Assembly: GCA_051362555.1 (NCBI GenBank)
Contig: CM120641.1
Coordinates: forward strand, 5,952,001-6,016,000
Reading direction: 5' to 3'
Length of the DNA stretch: 64,000 bases
DNA from: Lingula anatina
Taxonomy: Eukaryota; Animalia; Brachiopoda
Under the pieces are notes generated by a model, which saw only the letters and a program-made list of their open reading frames with translations, was not told the origin of the DNA and did not search any database. This document shows positions 12,067 to 23,000 of the stretch, piece by piece. Every line of letters begins with the position of its first letter. The first letter of the stretch is position 1. Position numbers and translations under genes: made by a program.

Positions 12067-15000
12067 CTACTCAGAACAGTTAAACTGGAAATATAGACAA
12101 CACATTAACCAGTACTCAATTAGCATGAGTTGGAAGAGACCTCTGCTTTTACCTTTCATACATGTGCTACCCATCAAAATTCTTAATGCCAAACAGAAAT
12201 AGTCTTTCAATACTCAGTCTGCCTTTTGTTTTGTGAGCCGAGAATCAGCAATTAAAATATTCAATAATCAAATTCTCTTTGAATCATCACTCCATAGTAT
12301 GATTGTAAATTGTGACTCAATTAAATCTATAAATAAGTGGTCTGAAGCAGACAAGCACTAGTTAGTATATTATCAGAGACCACTGATCTAGTATTACATC
12401 ACTTCTTTATCAAGAAGTAAATAAACTGTTCCCTCACTACACTGACAAATGAAAAAACAAACCTTTAGTTTACCTTTACACCAAAGTAACACAAACCTAC
12501 CTGATGCACCAGCAAAACAACTGACACTGACACAAAATGCTTCTGGAAGCAGTCTCTTGATCCTTTGTACACAAAAAATCTGATGACAGGTATTGGTGGT
12601 CTCCAACCAGGAAAATTTCAGCTTAACTGTGACAGTTCTTTGCTTGGGCTTGCAATGTCAGTGTATATCTTATCAACCAATCAACCACATAATATTGGCA
12701 AAGTTCAAAAGGCGTAACAGCCTGTTAAGGTCGCAGCATCAGAAAAGAGGGTGGCAGTTGTTATTTACAAATTACGCCTTAATTACTGCACCAAAGCAGC
12801 CTAACACAACCTAGCAAGTATTCTCCAATTAATATTACTGTTGCATAGCTACCGCCACTACATCAGCAGTAGGTTGAGTACGGCAAGCCGTCTGTATATT
12901 ACGCTCTCAAGTGGCAATTCATTCATAAAGAACACAGATATTGGTGAAGACTTGAGGTTCCTGAAACTCTGGGGACTCATCACATCTACACGTTGTCTTG
13001 GCTGTATGGATTAGATCTTCATCAGCAATGTATTATCCAAATGTATCTAAAATGTACATAATAAATCATCAGCTGTTATCAATGTATACCCCATGTGAAA
13101 ATGTTGTGCACGTACTGTCTTCTCTCACACGCTGATCACATCGTCCCCTCAATCTGTGACACTGTTGCTTATATTTAGACAATTCATAATTGGACAAAAG
13201 AATGTATCTAATGTGAGAATGTACCTGATAAATGAGTTGCTTGCCCCATTTACCTAGTATTACATAAATTGCACTGCACACAACAGTAGTATTAATAATG
13301 ATCTGGCTTATTGGAGAGAAATGATTAGCCAATAAAATCAATGCTTCCCATACCAGGTCTAATTATGATCTTGTTTGCCAGAACTGACCTCAGAAGCTAA
13401 ACATATTTTGACACACCATTATTAAACATAAAAGTATACACCCTGTTCTTTATCAAGCATGACTTACGTCTAACAATACTCTCCTTTCAAAGAATAATGG
13501 CAGAAATGAAAGAAAATCAATAATTGCATTAATATTAATGACTATGCAAAACAGAACCAAGAAAAAAGTCTGATTAATCTCAGGTAAGCTTAATGCGGAT
13601 ATCACAATGTATACTTTGCTGTCAACTAATACAATATCAAAGCCCTGTGGGATGCCATATCCCATTACTTCTGCATTATAAAATCTCCGGTGTCCAGGCA
13701 AAAGTTAACACCAAGGAAAGCTGCCATTTACCTGTCCCAACAGCTAAAGATCACTGAATAAAATAACGGCAACAGATGTTGCTGCATAGCCTGAGTTTGC
13801 ATGATTTGCTGTTAATCATTAATCCCGTCTACGGTAAACTTACTGAGGCCAACAGTCTTGCATTTGATTTGATCTAGCAACACTGGAGCAAATATTATAC
13901 TTCCCCTTCAAATGCACTGTTGTGCCTGCAATATAAACACTCTTCAATTCCTTGGAGAGAATATACAGGGCTTAAAGGTGAGAACTTAAACCTACTTGTA
14001 AACAAATAATAATGATGACCAGGCTCTTGAAAGTGGAAAAGATCAACTTGAACATTAATATCAAACAATGCATTTTACTGATGGCATATATTGCAAAAGA
14101 AGCATAAAAAAGTTAATAATTTACCAACAAGCTAGGTTCGTATATAGTCAGAAAGCCATTCTGTATTTTTTAAGGGTTTGATGTCAAGTTCACCAAGAAA
14201 GTTTCTGGCTGTTGCACAATGAGCTTTTATTCTATGCCTGTGCTTCCACATGTCAGATTATAGTCAGTGAAATGTTTGTCTGAAAATTATGTGCTGAATA
14301 AACAGCCCAGATAGCAAGCATACGTTGGGCCAACGTAGGGGAATCGTTGGTTTGTTGGCACATAGTTGGCGTTGGTAGTAATACGTTGGCCCAACGTTGG
14401 CCCAACCACATCATAATATGCACAACATAACTGCAATATGCTCACGTTGGCCCAACGTTGGGCCAACGTGTGCATATTTATTGCATACGTTGGCCTAACG
14501 TTGGGCCAACGTATCCAATTAACAACTCAATAGAAATGAATAATGTTTCTGTTATAATAAAAATGTTTCTGTTCACAACTGAGAATCACATGTGCTTATC
14601 TATTGATCAGTGACATATAGTTTTTAGGATTAAAAAAATTTTTTTTTTATTAAGAATTTGTTAAATTCCTTGGGTTAAAAAACAGTGTTCTACTTTTATT
14701 TGTCTTCCAAGCTATATACTCTCATATATAGTACATAGACTTCACCTATAAAAAAATAACTGAGTGAACAGATTTATAATTTTAAATAATGCTGTGAAAC
14801 ATGTTTATTATTATTTCTATTATTATTATTGTTATTGAAATCAGACAAATGATTGAAATCTTATTATAATGTACAATTGCACAATATACAAATTTTAAAC
14901 TTTATAGTTAGCATCAATTGACTTTTGATTAAAGTAAACTGGTAACTTTCACTGGACCAGATTCATTACAAGCCAGGTGTTTATCTTAACTGTCAGTTTG

Positions 15001-15283
15001 ATATAAACAGTTTGCCTACTGCCTGCTCAAACAGGTCAAATAACTATACATAGCACAGTCTTAAGCGCGCGGTCCGTTGAGCCAATTCAAAAATCTAAGC
15101 CAGAAGGTCAGAAATGTTCTAAGGAAGAGGCAAGAATTACGGCTGAAAGCATTGATTTCTGGATATAAAAAGAAGACATCTTTTTGGAAATAAGAAAATG
15201 AAGAGATAAAGAGACAGGATAAGAAGTGAGCATGTGGTAAGTGACTTTTTAATTGTGTATTTTCCCATTATTTACTGATGCAC

Positions 15284-15731
15284 CAGGATCCATACAGCCT
15301 TGAAAAGTGTTCAAATTTAGTCCAGCACTTTGAACTAGTTTAAATATAACTAGTTTATATGTAACTTTGAAAAGTACTTGAAAATGCTATTAGGCTTGAA
15401 AAAGGTTTGCATTTCAGCATTTTGTCTTTGTAAAAATATTATTTAAAACTTTGTAGTTTAATGAGATGAATACAGACAATAATTCACAGATGGGGGTAAT
15501 ACCTTTTATAACATCATTACTTGTACTTTTATTTTCAACTTTTCATCATCAATGTGTTACAAAGACGAAGTTTAAATGAAATGAGTCCTTTTTCCTTTGG
15601 TATGTACACTTTAATATAACTGTATTAATGTATTACTTGCCCTCATTAGTTAAAATCATTGAAAATGATTTGAATTAGAGCCTTAAAAGTCCTTGGAAGC
15701 CAATTGTTCTTATGTGTCTGTATGAATCCTG
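15284..15731. mobile_element. hAT-like MITE nested inside the EnSpm-type element
   Basis: TIRs caggatccatacag / ctgtatgaatcctg (13/14 match) and repeated internal (C)TTGAAAA motifs near both ends. No intact 8-bp TSD, so the superfamily is tentative. Confidence 0.6.
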
Positions 15732-17078
15732 GCCAGTAAATTCTGTGATAGAGTTGTTGGAATGATTAAATGATGTGGAATTTAGTGGTACATTACAGTT
15801 GTCTAAAAACTGAATTCATGGTCAAGTGTACACGTAAGAACTAATTTAAATAAATCACTATAAATTACTGCACACAAGACACACACTTTTAAAGTTAACA
15901 TATTGGCTTTTGCCTAACTTAATTAGGAAAGGTGGGGAGATTATCATATAATACACACCTACTAGTACTAGTTTGTATATGAAAACAGTGATGGGGGAAG
16001 AGGTACAGTCATGTTATGTACCATACCAATTCTAGCATTATATTTCAAGTGTTTTTAATATTTAAATTTGTAGGTGCAGCACACTCTTCTGTGACTGGTT
16101 AGACAAATATATTGAGGATACATCCTACTAATTGTGCTTTGCCAAAGATCACACAGGTGCAGGACAGGAAAGAGAGAAAAAAAAAACACAAAGATTGAAC
16201 TCATATGACCACTGATTTGATTTTTAAAGAGACAATGTCTGAGATTTTGCCTGAAGGAAGAGACTGTGATTTTATAGACTTGACATATAACTTATGAAAG
16301 TTCCTATGAAAAGCATCTTACCTGACATTAACAAGGGTTTCAGGTTTAAAATTTAATTTAATGAAAATATTTTTAAAAATTGAAATGGGGCAAAAAAGAC
16401 TTTACTAGAAGAAAAATGCCTTGACTCCAGGAATAAGGTGAAAAGTCATAGGACTGTTAATATATATATATATATATATATTTTTTTTTTGATGTGAATC
16501 ATGTAACAATTGATATAAGACACACTTATTAATGTTTAAATTTAATATTATAATATCTTATAAAATTTTCTTTGTTGTCTTTTTGTATTATATTTCAATT
16601 CACATATCATTATTTAGTTGGTGTAATGTATTTGTTTTATGTAATGTTTTGAATTAATTAAACAGTTCAAAATATATCACTAATCTTTTTGTTTCAACTA
16701 CAGATATTAATTGACAATTTTCCAGGTGAAGTGTAAATGATCACAGGCAGATCAAGTCCTCTGAAGGATTCATCCCTTAGAAAGCTTGCTAATTTTTCAG
16801 TCATATCTTGCAGTTTGCAGATTTCAGATGCTCAAGATATTTCATCAGGACATTGATCTGCCTGTGCATCAGATGTGTAATTACAGTGCCCTACTACCTA
16901 TGTGATTCCAAAAAAAAAAAAAAAAAAAAAAAGATTTTGCCTTTAGCTCAATGTTGGGTTACTGTAAATCACTGTGCCCCTTGTTTTAGGTTGGGTCATA
17001 ATGTGTTGTGCAAATTGCATATAACTTGGTGACCAGTTGGCCTACCATTGGGCCAACGTGGATGCATTGTTGGTTTGA

Positions 17079-17343
17079 GGTTGGGTAATTGTTGGACTGA
17101 TGTTGGTTATTAGTAGAACCAACGTAAATACACTGTTGGTTACAGGTTGGGTAATTGTTGGACCAATGTTGGTTATTAGTTGGCCCAATGTAGGGCCAAC
17201 GCAGTTTGGTTGGGTAATCGTTGGACTGATGTTGGTTATTAGTAGAACCAACGTAAATACACTGTTGGTTACAGGTTGGGTAATTGTTGGACCAATGTTG
17301 GTTATTAGTTGGCCCAATGTAGGGCCAACGCAGTTTGGTTGGG
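17079..17343. repeat. Two near-identical 129-bp tandem copies in the right subterminal region of the EnSpm-type element
   Basis: Units start at 17079 and 17208 (a third start at 17337). Each contains two sub-copies of ggttgggtaattgttggac(tg/ca)atgttggttattagt. Confidence 0.92.
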
Positions 17344-18473
17344 AATACGTTGGCAATGCGTTGGCATTAAAAAGACGTTCAGCCAACCGTTGGCCAAAGT
17401 GAGCACTTAGATGGAAACCCAACGTTGGGCCAACGTTGCATGGTCAACCAAGGCAACGTTGGGCCAACGTTGGCCCAACGTATGCATGCTATCTGGGAGG
17501 CGATTAAAGCCGCATGTTACAAAAAAAAAAAAAAAATGCGATATTTAACACTGAAAGAACGCACAGCTTAAAACCTTGCAATATAATAACTATTTTTCAT
17601 ATGCCTCTTGCATTATTATTATGGAGACATTGGAGAATCTCAATTTCGGACAGCATCAGGCACGTTTGAACCAGACTCAGAAACGTGTACATAGTAAAAT
17701 TTTTGAAGTTGTCACTTGGAAACGATATATAATAGCACATACTTCTTAAAAGAGGTTCCACCAGGTCATTTCCATACAATACCAGACATTGTCCATACAG
17801 GTTTATATCACATGGGATGACGTTCAAATTCCACCGCTTCTTCACGTGAGTCGGGAACACCTGTCAATTTCGCGCATCCAAAGCATACCTCCAAACATAA
17901 AAGAGTTGCGCCTTTTGACGGAGGAACCTGGCACCGGTAGGCTTCACTGCACGAAAAAGACCCGAAGTTCATGCATATTAAATGAATTGTCAATACAAAT
18001 TTTTCGTTTAAATTTAAGTGTGAATTCTGAGATATATTTATCAAAAATCTTATCATTTTCTACTAAAGGTTCAAATATCCCGATTTCAAAACTATAGCAT
18101 ATTTGCAGCTTGGGGTAACTACATTGAGGTATCCCATCTGGATTTACCGCCAAATCGAATATTCTCCTAGTGGTGAATCATTGCACTTAGATTCCATGTT
18201 TTATTCCATTTGTTAAAAATTATTCGGTTCTTAATTACTAGTAAGTCATTTATAAATACTGCCTCATCTTAATGTACTTTTCAGAAGGAAATATCAAAAT
18301 CGGGTACTTTTTTCTCATTCTTTAAAGGTCTGAATTGGGAAAGGTGAGTAGTTTTACAGGATATGTAGACATATAAAATATGACTAATATAGAACTTCTT
18401 AATTAAGATTGACTCTAGTCTATTCATCTGCTCTATTTGGAAGAAAAAACAAAATGATGAACTAAGTTAAAAG

Positions 18474-18479
18474 TTTATT
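18474..18479 (-). terminator. Candidate poly(A) signal of FAM234
   Basis: Minus-strand AATAAA followed by a U-rich tract (cattttgttttttcttcc), about 1.6 kb after the stop codon. Confidence 0.35.
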
Positions 18480-18636
18480 ACATAGATAACAAAAACACAT
18501 ATACGCATACAATTTTGTTGTAAACAGAAAACAATATTCCATTGTGATTTACTAATAAAACTAATGCTTACTGTAAGGGATTGTATACTTTTCATTAACA
18601 GTGCCATTAGTCAAAAGACTAGGAAGATGACATCTA

Positions 18637-18872
18637 ACTAGAAAAGCACTCAGACTGTAGACCTCTACCAAGACAAATAATAAACTAATAATCAACCATC
18701 AATTAACAATTAATTGATTAATGGATCATCACCAAAATATTATCACTTTTAAGTTAGCCCATTTCTAACCTATCCTAAAAAAATTTAATCAAAATCCATC
18801 CATCACTTCTTGAGTTAGGCTGGTGAAACAAATGGAAGTGAAAACATCACCTCTTTGGCAATGCATGGTTAT
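18637..18872 (-). mobile_element. Decayed short Helentron-associated (HINE-like) element, probably in the FAM234 3' UTR
   Basis: Begins ACTAGAAAAGCACTCAGA...GACCTCTACCAAG, contains AAAATCCATCCATCACTTCTTGAGTTA and ends GTGAAAACATCACCTCTTTGGC. It has the same CTAGT minus-strand terminus as the element at 57563. It resembles, from memory only, a short repeat family common in aquatic animals. Confidence 0.45.
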
Positions 18873-20049
18873 CACTACAAATGTATACATAATCTCTATA
18901 AATAAAGCCAAATATGTAAAATAGCTGAAAATATATCATTATTAAAATATAAGTAGCTTGGAATGCCATTTAATGAATATATACAAAAAATAAAAGCAAG
19001 CAACTGAAAAAATACTGGAATGGTTATATGTTTTTAATACAAGGGAAAAATCAAAACAGCTTATAACCAATTATTTGTACTGGGAACAATGGATTGTACC
19101 TATTAAAAATTACTGCTTAAGTACACATTACTTTAATTTTATAAAATAACAATTCTGAAAACATTTCATTACTTCTTACCATGAAGCAAATCCTTTATGT
19201 CTGTAACTATTTAAAACACTGGTTTTTAATCAAATCTTTTAATATAATATATTAAAACAGACTTCATTTCTGAAATGTCCATGGACATACACATGCAAAG
19301 TGTTTACTAAAAGCCACTATTAATTATAGAAATACAGTGAATGTGAGATATTATATTATATTATATTATACAGAATAATATGGATCTGATTATCTTCTTA
19401 TAATAAATCATGTCAGCCTAAGACACAAAATCTGATTATATATATATATATATATATACAGAAAACAACCATATATTATGCCAACATCGTATTTGTAATT
19501 TGCAATCTGCCTCACACATTAAAAATAAAAAGATGGGGGATAGCATCTTTCTCTGAAAAAATTTTGAAGCAGCTGTCTCTTCTCCTCCCCCCTCCTTAAA
19601 ATATTAATCTGTTACCTTATTTCAAAATGAACAACCTACAACAGATAAAACTTTTTTCTTTGTTTAATTCTAGTTACTCAACTAAATCAGATTTCTCTAC
19701 TAGGATTCTGTTTATATTATAAATATTATTACATTTTCTTCTGATCAATGACCTAAACAGACCTCTGCCGGATCAAACATAGATTTAAAGGCTGTGAACC
19801 TAAAACTTGTTGGGCCAAGTGGAAATGTTTCAGAATAAGGTTAAATCAGCAACATGGAGCCCCCTTTTGAAAACTACAGATCAAGATGAACTGTGACTAG
19901 GAGAGGACATTGATGCAGGTAATATACAATTATGTCATTAGGCTAAAAAATAAAAGACTAACTTTACTTTTACCCAAGTTATGCTATTCTTAAAAGTATG
20001 TTTTCTAGTTTACTAAAGAGCATTACTCTCTAAAACTTAGCTGCCAACT

Positions 20050-23000
20050 TTACTTCTCAGTATATACACAGTTTCCATCACTACCTAAGTATGCTGTCCA
20101 TGGTTGCTGCTCATGGGGAAGATATCCAACATCTTTTAAAGCTGTCAAGTTTGCCATGCTGCCTAGATCAGATGAAACTGTAGAATTAACTGGTACCATA
20201 TCCTGCTGGTGAACAGCCTCTTCTAGGTTCACTTTATAGATAAAAGTTTTGTACTTGAGGGTCAATTCACTTCCCATGTCATCATGAAGCAAGGCCGCCC
20301 CTGTCACAATGAGGACTGCGTCATATTTGCCATCTCCATCCACATCACCTAAGGCACCTGTACATGGACAAATCCAATGATAAATCATTGATGCAAGTAG
20401 AATATTAAATATACTAACGACAAGGAACTTAGAAATGCCTTTAGTTCAATATTAAGGCTGTTTTAGTTTGTATTTACTGAAGAAATAATTATTATAATAA
20501 TTTAAAGATAACTGTGTCAAAGAAAGATCAACTGCTTCAACACAGTACTCAAACGTAAAATTGTATATTTATAATCCATACAGCTTTTTCTTTCAACAAA
20601 TGAATGAAGAAAAAAACAGAGATTCTATAAAGCCATTGAAACCTATTTTGCACGAGAAATTGTACCTGTTGTTCTCTCTTGTGATGTAAAAGGTGAGCAA
20701 AACACTTTTGGATCATTAGAATCCAACCTTGGGGCATCTAGAGAGCCTGATAACAACTCTACCATTTCACTGTTGTCTGAAGATATAACATTTATGATTA
20801 ACAATGTGCATGACATTATTTTTTAAGCATTTTATCTTAAGTTTGCTGAAATGCTGTGATACATGTATATTGCATGAAAACTCCAACTTTTAAAATTAAT
20901 ATTCACATTAATCTTCTTACTTCACCATTGACACATGTACTTAAGATCTGTCATAAAGAAAAAGGTTTTATATTAGGGAAGAAGCCTTTACTTACTGTAG
21001 TAATGTTTAGTGGCAGGGAATTTCCAGAGTCTTGCCAGGTTGTGTGTTGTAGTACGGTCCATGGCAAACACCTCTGTAGTCAGAACTTTCAAATCATCAT
21101 CACAAGTTACATGTCCTATAATCAAAAGAAAATGGAGTGACAACAATATACCTTTTGTTTTCAACAGTTAATTTTCTTCACAAAAGTACTAATAAATTTG
21201 CTAATATATCAAATTGTTTTCTCACTTCCTTTAACCAAATTAAATTCCTTTTAGAGCTTGGCAATAATTTTGATTAATTACTTAAGAACCATTGTTTCTC
21301 ATATGCTTGGGTCATAAATCATTTTTCTGTAAATCCTTATGAAATTCTACTGTGAAGATATAACCTACTATCTATTTTTAAGTATAACATTAAAACAGCA
21401 AAGGAAGAACACACTTAAATTAAAAAAGAACAACAATTTGCCATATTTGTAGCTCAAAAGTATTTCAATATAAATCACATTAAACATGAAACATGTAGAG
21501 AACAAAATATATTCCCCATATCCAAAAAGACAAGCAACTTTCAATTAAAAATCTATCTCTACACATAAAACAGAAAACTCTATTAGACTTAAACAAAAAC
21601 TGCACAATCCTATGTAACATACTACTAAAACCAAATTGAAACAAAAAAAAATTTTTTTATTAAAAAATATATATTTCTTAGCGACCACTTCCTGAGAATG
21701 CAATACATTTCACCACAGACAGGAAAATGAAAATGAAACGATAACTAATTATATATGACGGAATTCCCCTATCTTTTACCTTCACCACCTTCTTCCCCAT
21801 GCCTCTTAGCCACACTGTGCCCATTGTGCTTCACATACTTATTTGATCTCTGCCTTCCACCTTCAAAACTGTCAGACCCATAGTTCTCTTGCATTGAACT
21901 TTCTCCTTGTCCTGGATACCCTGGATATCCTTGCCTGTTACCATACTGGTTACCATATCCATCTTTTTGCCCATAGTTCCTTTCTGAATAATCAGAAAAT
22001 GAATTTGTCGTCTTTCTTCCTTCAGAATCTTGATCAATATAATAGGGGGGATAATTGGGATCTTCTGGCCATTTATTTCTATTATTGTTATCATAAGAGC
22101 TATCATCAGGAGGCTCATATTGATTGTTTCTTCCTCTGCCTAGGAATGATTCTTCAGGCATAGGGTGAGAGGGCTCCATAGTGTTCTGGGTTTTCTTGTC
22201 ATGGATTCCATCCCTACTCTGCCCCCTGCTTGGTTTGGTGGTTTGGTACTTGTCTAGAGCAGGTCTGGGGGTGAGCTGTAAAATGGGGAAAACAATCTTT
22301 TGGGATACAGAAAAAAATTACCTTTTTTATGTAACTGATGATACAATATTACATTTAGAATAAAGCCTTTTAAATTACTAAACACATTTTGGCAGAAAAT
22401 CAAACAGCCTATTTATCACATGAAAAGATAACTCAGACAATGAACTAAAGCTCCACTTGTTCAATAGATGTTAATTTAAGATGACTTAAAAAGCAAATAA
22501 TTTCACTGACTGGTCTCTGTAAATCTATTCCGTGAGTTTCTCCCATGTTATCATTGTGTAGTTTTCCTTCTCTCCCCTGACTTCTGAAGATAAATAAGTC
22601 CCTGTGTAAATCGGTTGTCCTGAGCACTAGTGGTGAGGACATTTCAAACTTAGATGTATTCAATGCCCACATCACATCACCTGTCTTGCCATTTTGGATC
22701 ACAGTCTAAAAAAGTGAAATAAAATGTCACCATGAACTGATCCTTGGATTCTGTGCATCTCAAAAGATATTTGTACAAAAGTATCGATTAAAATTAAAAA
22801 ACTCTTGATCTTCCAAACCATTCAAGAGCATCAAATGGTAATTGTTTTTTGCCATGCTTGATCTTATTTTCACCACTGCACTACAGCTATTAACCATTTG
22901 TTATAAGCGTTGTAACATACTTATGAAACATTTATCATAGCCAAAGTCTTTAACCACATAAAAAATAAGATGTGCACATATTTTAAATTCACTTCTATCC

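Larger units (their letters stand above)
14306..17497. mobile_element. Non-autonomous CACTA/EnSpm (CMC)-type DNA transposon, 3192 bp
   Basis: 31-bp TIRs CCCAGATAGCA(A/T)GCATACGTTGGGCCAACGT at 14306-14336 and 17467-17497 (30/31 match), with a 2-bp target duplication AG. Dense subterminal arrays of CCAACGTTGG/GTTGGGCCAAC occur at both ends (about 14306-14515 and 17030-17497). No transposase ORF. CCC termini, a 2-bp TSD and subterminal repeats are typical of animal EnSpm/CACTA elements. Confidence 0.85.

Noticed and set aside
16760-16860. Canonical hammerhead ribozyme on the minus strand
   Set aside because: CUGAUGA and GAAA are present, but stem II is not flush with GAAA and there is no stem III or NUH next to stem I. 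Kept only as a structured element.
17042-17422. Repetitive ORFs on both strands (126 aa and 100 aa)
   Set aside because: They are by-products of the 129-bp subterminal duplication of the transposon and show no transposase motifs.
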